Assembly (NCBI GenBank): GCA_902764545.1
Contig: CACWWC010000005.1
Coordinates: forward strand, 192-64,191
DNA length: 64,000 nucleotides
Direction: 5' to 3'
DNA from: an uncultured Erysipelotrichaceae bacterium
GTDB taxonomy: Bacteria; Bacillota_I; Bacilli_A; RF39; UBA660
Shown: one piece after another, positions 8,950 to 17,818 of the stretch
Layout: each line of letters starts with the position of its first letter
Position numbering within the stretch: the first letter of the stretch is position 1
The notes under the pieces: model-generated
What the model saw: the letters and a program-made list of their open reading frames with translations, nothing else
The model's database searches: none
Told to the model about the DNA's origin: nothing
Made by a program: the position numbers and the translations under genes

Positions 8950-10740
8950 TTAGAATCCTCCACCAATTCCAAATGAGTCCAATTCATCTTGAGTAACAGC
9001 AACATTAATTCTCATACGCCTATTACCACATACAAGTAGCGCCTCACCTTGAGAATAACGCTTAATACTCTCTTTTTCACTTTCATTTAAATCAATTAAC
9101 AAGCTCAAATCTTCAACAGCCTGTTTTTTTAATCCCATAATCAAATAATATGAAGAGTTATCAAAAATTGCTTTACCTTGAGTTATAACAGCAGGATCAG
9201 AAAAATCACTAGGTTGTTGAGTAATAATAATTGTACCTGTATTATATTTACGAGCACGCCTTTGTAATTGTGCCAAAAAGTCAGCTCCTAAAGCATTATT
9301 GTCACCTAATAAAACATGAGCCTCGTCAACCATAAGAATAGTATCAACATTAAAGTCCAAACATAATCCCCACGCATACTTTAAAACATTAAAGAATAAA
9401 GCATTTTTTACAGAAGAATCACTATTCATAAGTTCTTTAATATTAAATACCATAAAGTCACTATCTTTTTTGATAGTGGTATGACCATCAAAGTAAAACT
9501 TCAATTCCTTAGTAATAGGTCTAACTTTCAATTCAAGCCTCTCCATTATATCTCTTTCCTGAGTCTGTTCAGTCATTGACATAAGTCTACCCTTAATAGT
9601 AGCATATACATCACTAAAAGTAGGATAATCTTGCGAAGTATACTTAGAAAAATCAGCAGTAAAATCAATACCAAACCTTCTATAAGTATCCTGAACAATT
9701 TCAGAGAACATAGTTAATACGTCTTCTTCAATAGAAGGATCATAATACTTCATAAAAGCCTTTAAAAACTGTAAAGTTCTCGTCAAAACAGTATAACCAA
9801 GACCTTGTTTGATTTCTTCTTCATCAGCGTCTATTACAATTTCAAGCGGATTTATTAAACCAAATTCTCCACCTTTACCAATATCAACAGTATCTCCCCC
9901 ATAAGTACGAGTTATCTCTCTAAACTCATCTTCTGGATCGATAATAACAATTTGACATCCATTTCTAATATGAGACCTTAGTAATAATTTAGCTGCTGTA
10001 GACTTTCCAGATCCAGAAGTACCAAGAATAATCATATTAGCATTATTTCTATTACTTTCTTTACGAATTTTATATAAAAATTGGTTAAATAAAATAACTC
10101 CTCCAGAAAAATCAACACCTAATAAAGTTGAAAGTCCAGGATCCTTTATACTATCAAAGATAAAAGGATACATAGCGGCAACAGTAACAGAAGGTATTGG
10201 AGTTCCTATTCTTTGCTCAATATCTTGTGAAGGAAAAACAGGTAATATAGATTTTAAAACCTTCTCCTGTTCAAACCTCAAAGCAACTGCTCTAAGTTCC
10301 ATAGAATCTAAATAGTTCTTAACATTTAATTTCTTTAATTCTAAATCTTCTTTAGTATCAGCGGTAATCATAATATGCATTTGAAAGTCAAAGATTCTTG
10401 CCTGAGAAGCTGCAAGCATTGAAATAAAATATTCCAAACTCTCAGCATCCTGTCTTATTCTCTCTTTAGTAGTTTGATCACGCTCATTTTGATATCTTTC
10501 TTTTAATTCAGCAACTTGCTTGTTTAACATCTTCTGCATATCAGAAAAAGGTACAGGAATATGTTTAACAACAACCTTAATACCTGACATATTTGTTAGA
10601 CTTGATAAATATCCTGGCATTATATATTTAGGATAAGATACAACAGTTAAAATAGTAGCATACTTATCACTTATAAAGAAATCACTAGAATTAAAATGCA
10701 ACCCCTTAGGGGCCAATTGACTTCTTAAACCTATACTCAT
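8950..10740 (-). CDS. virB4: VirB4-family conjugation ATPase, C-terminal two-thirds (ATPase domain)
   Basis: Walker A ILGTSGSGKSTAAKLL and Walker B ILMVDEAHVLL. 596 aa is shorter than the roughly 800 aa usual for VirB4. Its start overlaps the upstream ORF stop as ATGA. Confidence 0.9.
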   Translation of the reverse strand: MSIGLRSQLAPKGLHFNSSDFFISDKYATILTVVSYPKYIMPGYLSSLTNMSGIKVVVKHIPVPFSDMQKMLNKQVAELKERYQNERDQTTKERIRQDAESLEYFISMLAASQARIFDFQMHIMITADTKEDLELKKLNVKNYLDSMELRAVALRFEQEKVLKSILPVFPSQDIEQRIGTPIPSVTVAAMYPFIFDSIKDPGLSTLLGVDFSGGVILFNQFLYKIRKESNRNNANMIILGTSGSGKSTAAKLLLRSHIRNGCQIVIIDPEDEFREITRTYGGDTVDIGKGGEFGLINPLEIVIDADEEEIKQGLGYTVLTRTLQFLKAFMKYYDPSIEEDVLTMFSEIVQDTYRRFGIDFTADFSKYTSQDYPTFSDVYATIKGRLMSMTEQTQERDIMERLELKVRPITKELKFYFDGHTTIKKDSDFMVFNIKELMNSDSSVKNALFFNVLKYAWGLCLDFNVDTILMVDEAHVLLGDNNALGADFLAQLQRRARKYNTGTIIITQQPSDFSDPAVITQGKAIFDNSSYYLIMGLKKQAVEDLSLLIDLNESEKESIKRYSQGEALLVCGNRRMRINVAVTQDELDSFGIGGGF

Positions 10741-11300
10741 ACTGGCATCACCGTTCCAAACTCTGTACTATTTCCCCCATTTAAGAAATTTTCCAAAACC
10801 AATCTTAAATCTGCATTACTAATCAAAGATGCATTCAATCCACAAGTAGCCAAACCATTAATCATCTGTCTTACTCGTTTTTGTAGCAAATCAACATCCT
10901 TAGTTTTAAACATAAAATAATATTCAGTATCAACAACATTATTTCTAATAAAAGTCTCTCCTTTATCAATATCTTGTAGTATTAGCTTTCTAATAGCAGG
11001 AGACTGCGTTTCATTAAGTAATAGCTGCATCTGAGACATATAGACAGAAATATCAACAGGTCTATCAGCAACAACCAACCAAAATTCGTAATCAATGGTA
11101 TTATAAAAATTTCGCAACGCTAAAAGTATGTTATTTTGTAAATCAGGATCTAATATAAAAATATTTCTAGGAGAAATTTTTACACCACTAACTTTATAAT
11201 TATCCTTGGTAATAATCATATTGTTCTGGATTGCCTTTACGGGAAGCCAGTCTTCAGTAAAACCGCTTGTACTAACGTTTCTTTTTTTTGATGACGCCAC
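10737..11300 (-). CDS. VirB4 N-terminal domain encoded as a separate ORF
   Basis: 187 aa. The pattern DWLPVKAI..NMIITKDNYKVSGVKISPRNIFIL resembles the N-termini of Gram-positive VirB4 proteins (TrsE/Orf16/TcpF class). Together with the next ORF it totals 783 aa. Confidence 0.6.
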   Translation of the reverse strand: MASSKKRNVSTSGFTEDWLPVKAIQNNMIITKDNYKVSGVKISPRNIFILDPDLQNNILLALRNFYNTIDYEFWLVVADRPVDISVYMSQMQLLLNETQSPAIRKLILQDIDKGETFIRNNVVDTEYYFMFKTKDVDLLQKRVRQMINGLATCGLNASLISNADLRLVLENFLNGGNSTEFGTVMPV

Positions 11301-11598
11301 TCTTCCAACACCAACCTTTCCATCTATATCTTTGACGAGTAGTCAAAAATTCATATCCTTCTTGAATAATAACTAACATATTATGATAATGAGGAACTGG
11401 CATCACAAGAAAACCAGTTACAATTGCGGGAGATAAACATAAAACCGCAACTAGAGCATTTGATAGTGGAAGAAATGCAATTAAAATAAACGTAACAAGT
11501 ATTCCACCACCAAACAAATATAAATCAAATGGTCTAAACCAACCTAATATTAATTTACCCCTTTTAGTATTGGCTGGTATAAGATAATTATCATACAC
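11272..11598 (-). CDS. VirB3-like / TcpE-PrgI-family small conjugation membrane protein
   Basis: 108 aa with two TM helices and an N-terminal PANTKRGKLILGWF..FDL motif. It sits directly upstream of VirB4, as in Tn916 orf17 and pCW3 tcpE. Confidence 0.65.
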   Translation of the reverse strand: MYDNYLIPANTKRGKLILGWFRPFDLYLFGGGILVTFILIAFLPLSNALVAVLCLSPAIVTGFLVMPVPHYHNMLVIIQEGYEFLTTRQRYRWKGWCWKSGVIKKKKR

Positions 11599-11619
11599 TT
11601 AATATCACACTCCAAATTT

Positions 11620-13797
11620 TTATTTTTTTCCACTGAATCTATCATTAGCTTTATTAATTGCATTTTGCCTAGTAAGCTGAGTATTATAATCCTCAAAGCC
11701 ATCAATAGCATCATTAATAGAACTTCTATTAGTAATATGCTTGTCATTTCCTTTAGTAATATTACCATTTGAATCACGAGTAAAGTCTGATGAGCCACCC
11801 AAAACTTCAGCATTATGTATAAGAGTAATAAGTCTTTGATCAACATTACCACCAGATGCAGTAACAGTACCAGCTACATGTTGAGATATATAGTCATCCT
11901 CATTATTCTTAAGTAAGAATCCTCTTTGCCTTTCTGCATCAGCTAAACTAATATCATGAGTAACACCATTAACATCCGTAACTGTCATAGTAGTTGCACC
12001 ATTAGAACGAGCGGCTGCCAATTCAGCCTCAAACCTCTTGAAATTTAGCTTGATATCTCTTCCAGAAGAATCATTAAGACCTAGACTACCCGAAGTCCAA
12101 TCACTTTTAACCATTTCAGAACTAACACGACTTTTAATAGCTTTAAGTGCATCAATTCTTCCTTTATTAGAATTGATACTTCTTTCTACAGAATCAGCAC
12201 GTCCTTCTCCTCTAAACATATTATTAGCAGAAGAACTCATACGACCTAATAGTGTTGAGCCATCATTACCTCTACTAATCATATCTGAATTTCGTTTTTT
12301 CATGGCCTCAAGAGCAGAATTAAACTTATGATCTTTAGCAGATAAAGCAGCATTATATCCAGTATAACCACCAACAGCACCACCAGCAATACCAGCTAAT
12401 AAATGTTTACCACGATTAAAAAACGATTTAGAATTTATATCTCTTCCAAAAGCATTTTTTTCGCCTAGACTTTCTCGGGTTTCATCAGCTAACCTACTTG
12501 CACGAGCACTAGCTGCCCCTGAACCAATCATTCCTGGAATAGCGGCTGCAAAACCAAAAGCACCACCAAAAACACTGCCATCATCATCTTTCATTCCTAT
12601 AAACTGTTTAATAAATTTTGGAGCCTGTTTTGCAAAAACAAACAAAGCAATAAAAATAACAATATAAGTTGCAACTAATAAAAATCCATTATCAGCATCA
12701 ACAACAATACCATGTATAATTAAATCCTGAATAAGGAAAAGAACAAAATATACAACTGCAAGTCTTATAAATAAATCAATATACGTTGAAGTTAAAGCCT
12801 TGACCCATTTATTAAAAGATGAATCACTGCTTCCTTTTGGGTCCATATAAGAAATAATTGGAATAGGCGCTAATAGTCTTAAAACTGCAAGCTTAATTGA
12901 ACGCACAGCAACATCTATAGTAAAACTTAATAAAATAAATACAAAAACTATTCCCACAATCATAGAAATAACAGGAGTATAAACAAAAGCATATTTCTTA
13001 CTTCCTGCAAATGAACTTAAAAATGGAATATAATTCATAATATTAAAGTCAATCGTACAAGTTTCATTAACCATACTTATTATATCCATAGGATCCGCAT
13101 CTACTTTAGTATACCTTTCTAAAACATCATCAGGTATATCAGTACAAACACGGTTCTCATTATATGCAGCAGGATCTTTTCCCTCCTTAAGATATGTATC
13201 ATCTCGTTCTTCTTGAGGAATTAAATTAATTCTATAAAAGCCCTTAATAATTGTAGATGTAAAAATTCTTGCAGATTTTCTTAATTCAGAGTCCCCATAG
13301 CTTGAAGTTGCCTTAAATTCAGAAGCAACATCAGAACTACCTAAAACTAATCTACCGATTGTATTATTAGCTAAAATTCTATGCTGTAGAGAATACAGAG
13401 TCCCAAACAAAATACCATTATTGTTAATTTGAATTTCATATTCATTCTTAGGACTAGGTATACTAACTGGCATAAGAAGTGTTAATAAAACTAAAGCGGT
13501 AACAATTTTAGTAATAATAGCTCTAGCCCCCTTATCACCAGTAAATGTATCAGGATTGACAATTCCTTTAAGTATTGCCATCGCCAATTGAAACATCATA
13601 AAAATACCCAAAATAACTTGTACTCTACCATAAAATTTAAAAATAGTCTCATTACTAAAAATATCAGCAGAAGCAACATTGAAAAAAAGTTCATAAACTA
13701 TTCCTAATAATAAGTAAACAGGCCTATCTAAAGTAGAAAAAAGCGTTCTAATAACATCAGAAACAATTGTACGTGAACTTAAATCAGATTCACCCAT
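11620..13797 (-). CDS. VirB6-like polytopic channel protein (TcpH/Orf15/ConG class)
   Basis: 725 aa with at least 6 TM helices in the N-terminal half and a hydrophilic Gly/Ser/Asn-rich C-terminal half. It occupies the position between the pilin-like genes and VirB3/VirB4. Confidence 0.65.
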   Translation of the reverse strand: MGESDLSSRTIVSDVIRTLFSTLDRPVYLLLGIVYELFFNVASADIFSNETIFKFYGRVQVILGIFMMFQLAMAILKGIVNPDTFTGDKGARAIITKIVTALVLLTLLMPVSIPSPKNEYEIQINNNGILFGTLYSLQHRILANNTIGRLVLGSSDVASEFKATSSYGDSELRKSARIFTSTIIKGFYRINLIPQEERDDTYLKEGKDPAAYNENRVCTDIPDDVLERYTKVDADPMDIISMVNETCTIDFNIMNYIPFLSSFAGSKKYAFVYTPVISMIVGIVFVFILLSFTIDVAVRSIKLAVLRLLAPIPIISYMDPKGSSDSSFNKWVKALTSTYIDLFIRLAVVYFVLFLIQDLIIHGIVVDADNGFLLVATYIVIFIALFVFAKQAPKFIKQFIGMKDDDGSVFGGAFGFAAAIPGMIGSGAASARASRLADETRESLGEKNAFGRDINSKSFFNRGKHLLAGIAGGAVGGYTGYNAALSAKDHKFNSALEAMKKRNSDMISRGNDGSTLLGRMSSSANNMFRGEGRADSVERSINSNKGRIDALKAIKSRVSSEMVKSDWTSGSLGLNDSSGRDIKLNFKRFEAELAAARSNGATTMTVTDVNGVTHDISLADAERQRGFLLKNNEDDYISQHVAGTVTASGGNVDQRLITLIHNAEVLGGSSDFTRDSNGNITKGNDKHITNRSSINDAIDGFEDYNTQLTRQNAINKANDRFSGKK

Positions 13798-13811
13798 TTA
13801 AATCACCCTTT

Positions 13812-14282
13812 CTATTGTTTTATACCACAAGAAGACTGAGAAGTTAATCCAAACAAATCTAATAAAGCATTTGTAAATGTTGGTACAAAAAATAATAGTA
13901 TAGCCAAAACAATTCTCATTCCCAATTTTTTAACAACCTTGTTCATAGACTCATCATCGCTTTTAACAATTACAGTCATAAAATCTATACTACTTAAAAC
14001 AACTACAATTACAATTCCTGCAATAGTAGAATAAGTTAGCGCCTGATTAAGTAACCAAGCAACAGAAGACTCATCATCAGGATTCCCCAAAATCGAATCA
14101 TCTCCAACACACTCTAAATCTTCACTATCTCCTGAATCCATCCAATTATCAACACCATCAACACCTGATTCAGCATCAACAATTTCACAAAAGTGATCTA
14201 AAGATAAAGCATAAGTACTAAAAGGTGATAAAACAAACATAAATATGAAAATAATAAACAAAATTAATACAACTTTTTTCAT
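13812..14282 (-). CDS. Secreted or membrane two-TM hairpin protein (VirB2-like candidate), paralogue of 14363..14713
   Basis: Signal peptide, acidic Cys-containing segment, then TM, SDDESMNKVVKK loop, TM, SSCG. The hairpin aligns by eye with the 116-aa protein and with the N-terminus of the CHAP protein at 34950..35906. Confidence 0.5.
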   Translation of the reverse strand: MKKVVLILFIIFIFMFVLSPFSTYALSLDHFCEIVDAESGVDGVDNWMDSGDSEDLECVGDDSILGNPDDESSVAWLLNQALTYSTIAGIVIVVVLSSIDFMTVIVKSDDESMNKVVKKLGMRIVLAILLFFVPTFTNALLDLFGLTSQSSCGIKQ

Positions 14283-14362
14283 AATAAATCACTCCGCTTA
14301 CATTATATCATAATAAGTATATCAAAACAAAAAAAAAATAGCAATAATTGCTACTTCAATTT

Positions 14363-14713
14363 TTACCCTGCAGCTCTCCAGCAACTCTCCCAACTAGATG
14401 TATCTCCTTCTCCACCTTGTGAAATAATATTCATAAGAACAGATACAAAAGTAGCTACGAAAAATACTGCAGCAGCATATATAAATCTTTTTATTAATCT
14501 GCTTTGTGCAGCTTTAACTTCCTTTTCTTCACTTACAATAACAGCTTTCCCCAAATCAACTGTACCAAGTATAATAAGTAATATAGGAATTCCAAGCTGT
14601 ACAAGAGGGAAAAATCCTTTTTTTATAACCTTTACAACAGGTAATAATCCATTACAACTATCAATTGCACCAATCTGGAATAAACCTTGCATAACACCAC
14701 TCCTTCTATACAA
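14363..14713 (-). CDS. Two-TM hairpin protein (VirB2/TrbC-like pilin candidate)
   Basis: 116 aa: TM (IPILLIILG), SEEKEVKAAQSRLIKR loop, TM (AAAVFFVATF), then a SWESCWRAAG tail. This topology is typical of T4SS pilin subunits. Confidence 0.5.
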   Translation of the reverse strand: MYRRSGVMQGLFQIGAIDSCNGLLPVVKVIKKGFFPLVQLGIPILLIILGTVDLGKAVIVSEEKEVKAAQSRLIKRFIYAAAVFFVATFVSVLMNIISQGGEGDTSSWESCWRAAG

Positions 14714-14746
14714 TTATAATATTACAATGTAATTTTTGTCAATTAT

Positions 14747-15853
14747 TTATCTTCTAAATAATCCAAATATTTTACCTGAACCATTATTAGATCCAGAATT
14801 AACAATACCAAGTTTAGACAAAAAGTCATTTATTATAGCATTTCTCTTTCTCTCATCTAATGGAGGTATATTATAAAACACTTTAATACCAGCCTCATTT
14901 TCAAAATCAAAAACATCATTATTAAGTAACAAACTTTTGTTTAAAACAACTTTTTTATTAGTTAATTTAGTAAATATAGCACGGTTTCTCATAACCAACT
15001 TATTTAATTTAATAGTGCTAGGTTCAACTAAGTATAACACATCACTGCAAAAAGTTGTATCAGAAACATTATTCAAGTCAATCAAAATAATACTTTTACT
15101 ACTATATTTACTTAATGCACTCTTTAATTCTATCTGTTTTATAGAAATCATTCTTTTATCATTAAATAAAGCAAAATCACCCTTATCAATCTCAATAGCC
15201 ACAACATTATCCTTACCAAATACTGAAGACAACTCTTTAAGTAGCATATAAGTAAGCGTAGTAGCACCAGCAGAAGCAGTTACATTCTTTAACCCTATAA
15301 CAGCACTTACATTTTTATTTACAGCATTTGTAAAACCTCGATTTGCAGTACCATTTCTAGTTTTATTTTCAACAGTACTATTAGAAACACCATCATCATA
15401 TGACTGTGTTTCAGAACTACCTTGATTAGTATCATTAGCTGAATCACTAGATTCATTCGTTTGATTAATATTAGCCATTTTTAATATATTTTCAACATCT
15501 TTAAGAGTATTTGCCTTCTTTAATAAATAATTAACGCCATTAATGTTAGTAGTAAAATTATAAATACCAAAAGTAATCAATCTAGCAAGAAAATTTGATG
15601 TGCACAACTTACTACCTTCCGGTAATAAGAATATAATTTTATCAGCCTCTAAACCGTGAATAAGTTTTTCATAAATTCTGAAATCACTATAATCCTTCAA
15701 AGCAGTTACATCCAAAATCATTTTACTATAAAAAAAGTTTTTAAACATTTCAACAATCTCAGAAACATCATAAACACCAGTAATATTTTTTATAATATCA
15801 ATATCCAGATTAGAAAGCTGTTCCTGCTGTTCATTAGCAACAATTACATTCAT
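14747..15853 (-). CDS. tadZ: TadZ/CpaE-like protein (receiver-like N domain plus degenerate ParA/MinD domain)
   Basis: A REC-like N-terminal fold, an Asn/Ser-rich linker, then VIGLKNVTASAGATTLTYMLL where ParA/MinD has KGGxGKTT. The P-loop Lys is replaced by Ala. Confidence 0.5.
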   Translation of the reverse strand: MNVIVANEQQEQLSNLDIDIIKNITGVYDVSEIVEMFKNFFYSKMILDVTALKDYSDFRIYEKLIHGLEADKIIFLLPEGSKLCTSNFLARLITFGIYNFTTNINGVNYLLKKANTLKDVENILKMANINQTNESSDSANDTNQGSSETQSYDDGVSNSTVENKTRNGTANRGFTNAVNKNVSAVIGLKNVTASAGATTLTYMLLKELSSVFGKDNVVAIEIDKGDFALFNDKRMISIKQIELKSALSKYSSKSIILIDLNNVSDTTFCSDVLYLVEPSTIKLNKLVMRNRAIFTKLTNKKVVLNKSLLLNNDVFDFENEAGIKVFYNIPPLDERKRNAIINDFLSKLGIVNSGSNNGSGKIFGLFRR

Positions 15854-15870
15854 AAATTACCAACCCTTTA

Positions 15871-16323
15871 CTATTTTTTAAACATCTTTGTATCTCCAGT
15901 TACGCTCAAAAAACGGTAACCAAAAACATTTTGAATTATAGGAATTTTTATATCAATAGTAGTAACAATTCTATAATAATACCTGTTACCAATATCATCA
16001 ACAGATTTACTATCATCAGTATATACAGTATATTGGTATACACAATAATTATTGTCTTTCAAAGTACCATTCTTACCATTTTTTGTTTCACAGCTTTTTA
16101 CACTTGGATTATAACCAATCTCTTTAGCATAATTGCGAATCTTTGTCTCACACTCACCTGTAGAAAAACATTTACCATCATACTCTTCATATAGAGATAT
16201 TATTCTATTTTTCATTCTAAAAGCCTTGGTATAATTGACATTAAATGCCATATAGGCAGAAACAATCACAACAAAAACCACAATAATTGTTAAAACAACA
16301 ACACTACCTAAGGAATCTCTCAT
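15871..16323 (-). CDS. Pseudopilin-like (TadE-class candidate) protein, paralogue A
   Basis: MRDSLG leader followed by a hydrophobic helix. Four conserved Cys and a C-terminal IPIIQNVFGYRFLSVTGDT are shared with 16342..16767. Confidence 0.5.
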   Translation of the reverse strand: MRDSLGSVVVLTIIVVFVVIVSAYMAFNVNYTKAFRMKNRIISLYEEYDGKCFSTGECETKIRNYAKEIGYNPSVKSCETKNGKNGTLKDNNYCVYQYTVYTDDSKSVDDIGNRYYYRIVTTIDIKIPIIQNVFGYRFLSVTGDTKMFKK

Positions 16324-16341
16324 TTATTATCACCCACAAAA

Positions 16342-16767
16342 CTAACTTTGCAATCCAATAGGCATCGTATTTCCAGAAACTTGAAATAATCTAAAGCCCA
16401 TAATTCTATTAATTACAGGAAGATCTATATTTACCTGAGTAACAACAGTATATATGTAATAATTGTTCTTCCCAACAACGCTTTGACTCTTTATACAAAA
16501 AAGACCCATATTTTCAAAATCAGTTGGACACTTAATATCAGTAGTACTATAACCAAGATTAGAAGCCTTATCAACTATTTGACGATAACATTCACTTCTA
16601 TCATAATTACACTTAGCACCTTCATATGATTCTATAGTGCTTATAATTTCATTTTTCATTTTAAAAGCCTTAGTATAAGAAACAACTAGGCCCAAAACAC
16701 CAATAACAATCAGCAAAAAAACAACAATAAAAACTAAATTACCTATACCACCAAAAGCATCTTTCAT
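16342..16767 (-). CDS. Pseudopilin-like (TadE-class candidate) protein, paralogue B
   Basis: MKDAFGG leader plus a hydrophobic helix. It shares YTKAF(R/K)MKN.IIS, four Cys and LPVINRIMGFRLFQVSGNT with paralogue A. Confidence 0.5.
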   Translation of the reverse strand: MKDAFGGIGNLVFIVVFLLIVIGVLGLVVSYTKAFKMKNEIISTIESYEGAKCNYDRSECYRQIVDKASNLGYSTTDIKCPTDFENMGLFCIKSQSVVGKNNYYIYTVVTQVNIDLPVINRIMGFRLFQVSGNTMPIGLQS

Positions 16768-16782
16768 AAATGTAAACCTCTA

Positions 16783-16932
16783 TTATTTGTCCTGATATGT
16801 ACTTATATTACTCCATTGAGTATTAATTGATTCTTTAATAGGATCCCACATAATCCAGAAAAATCCAATAACTGCAGCTATAGCAATTAAAGTTATTACA
16901 GTAAGATTCAATTCACCAGTAGCAGCTTTCAT
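16783..16932 (-). CDS. Flp-like or short pilin-like peptide, 49 aa (not in the supplied ORF track)
   Basis: My translation is MKAATGELNLTVITLIAIAAVIGFFWIMWDPIKESINTQWSNISTYQDK. An AGGTGA RBS lies 8 nt upstream. It has a short charged leader ending in Gly and then a hydrophobic helix. It sits between the tadC-like and pseudopilin genes. Confidence 0.45.
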   Translation of the reverse strand: MKAATGELNLTVITLIAIAAVIGFFWIMWDPIKESINTQWSNISTYQDK

Positions 16933-16967
16933 CTAATAAATCACCTATCCTTTCAAATTATATATTT

Positions 16968-16996
16968 ATTATATCAAAATAAAAACTAATAAACAA
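16968..16996 (-). promoter_or_regulatory. Candidate internal sigma-A promoter upstream of the pilin-like ORF
   Basis: Minus strand reads TTGTTT-17 nt-TATAAT (-35 at 16996-16991, -10 at 16973-16968). Chance matches are common in AT-rich DNA. Confidence 0.25.
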
Positions 16997-17014
16997 CAAA
17001 AATAATAAATTTTA

Positions 17015-17818
17015 TTAAAACATCATCATCATTGATATTAAAATAACAAGCATTACCCCAATACCAGTAACAACCAGCATAATCATTGTCTGACTTTCCA
17101 TATGACCTAGACGTTCTTTATATTTAGTTTCACGTGCCTTATTTTGTAAAGAAGAAACTGTTTTAGAAAACATCATAAGCCTTTCCTGTTTCTTTTCCTG
17201 AGAACCAATTCCTAAACGATACAAAAGTCTCATCATCCTCATTGAATCTCTAACAGGATAAGCATTTGCAAACTCCATATATGGATCAACCGAAGAATCA
17301 CCAGAATTAATTCTATCAATCATTTTTCTAAGCCCGGGCTTAAAAATATCAGGAGCATCACCAATACTTTTACCAATCGCAACAGGTACAGTATAGTGTT
17401 GAATTAAAATTTCTAAACTTTTTAAATAATAAGGTAACATTACATCTATTTCATGTAAATGTTGTTTATAATAATTCTTTAACTGAATATAAGGAAGTTT
17501 AAAAACACCAAAAGCAACAGCCAACGAAAGTACTAAGTTTAAAAAGAATTGTGAGTTAATAATCTCCGCAGAATTATTATTTGAAATTGTTAAAATCAAA
17601 ACAAATAAAAATGAAACAAAACCCATAGTAATTCTTTTAGAAAAAAGTTGCTCAATATCAACATCCTCACCATATCTAGCATAAACTAAAAATTGGTAAT
17701 CATCTTCCTTAAGTGCTTCTAAATACTTTTGATTATCGGCAAAAAACTTATCTTTATCAATTGTATTATTATAAATTAATATAAACATAATTATAGCACC
17801 AACAACAATTATCTCCAT
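17015..17818 (-). CDS. tadC: TadC-like platform protein (T2SS-F/GspF-type domain)
   Basis: 267 aa with an N-terminal TM helix, a helical cytoplasmic domain and C-terminal TM helices. It is the second of two similar genes directly downstream of tadA. Its start overlaps the tadB-like stop codon by 1 nt, sharing nucleotide 17818. Confidence 0.6.
   Translation of the reverse strand: MEIIVVGAIIMFILIYNNTIDKDKFFADNQKYLEALKEDDYQFLVYARYGEDVDIEQLFSKRITMGFVSFLFVLILTISNNNSAEIINSQFFLNLVLSLAVAFGVFKLPYIQLKNYYKQHLHEIDVMLPYYLKSLEILIQHYTVPVAIGKSIGDAPDIFKPGLRKMIDRINSGDSSVDPYMEFANAYPVRDSMRMMRLLYRLGIGSQEKKQERLMMFSKTVSSLQNKARETKYKERLGHMESQTMIMLVVTGIGVMLVILISMMMMF

Noticed and set aside
15871-16767. The conserved C-terminal SVTGDT / QVSGNT motifs of the two pseudopilin-like proteins as possible sortase recognition motifs.
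   Set aside because: No hydrophobic segment plus basic tail follows the motif, whereas sorting signals require both. It is more likely a conserved terminal beta-strand.
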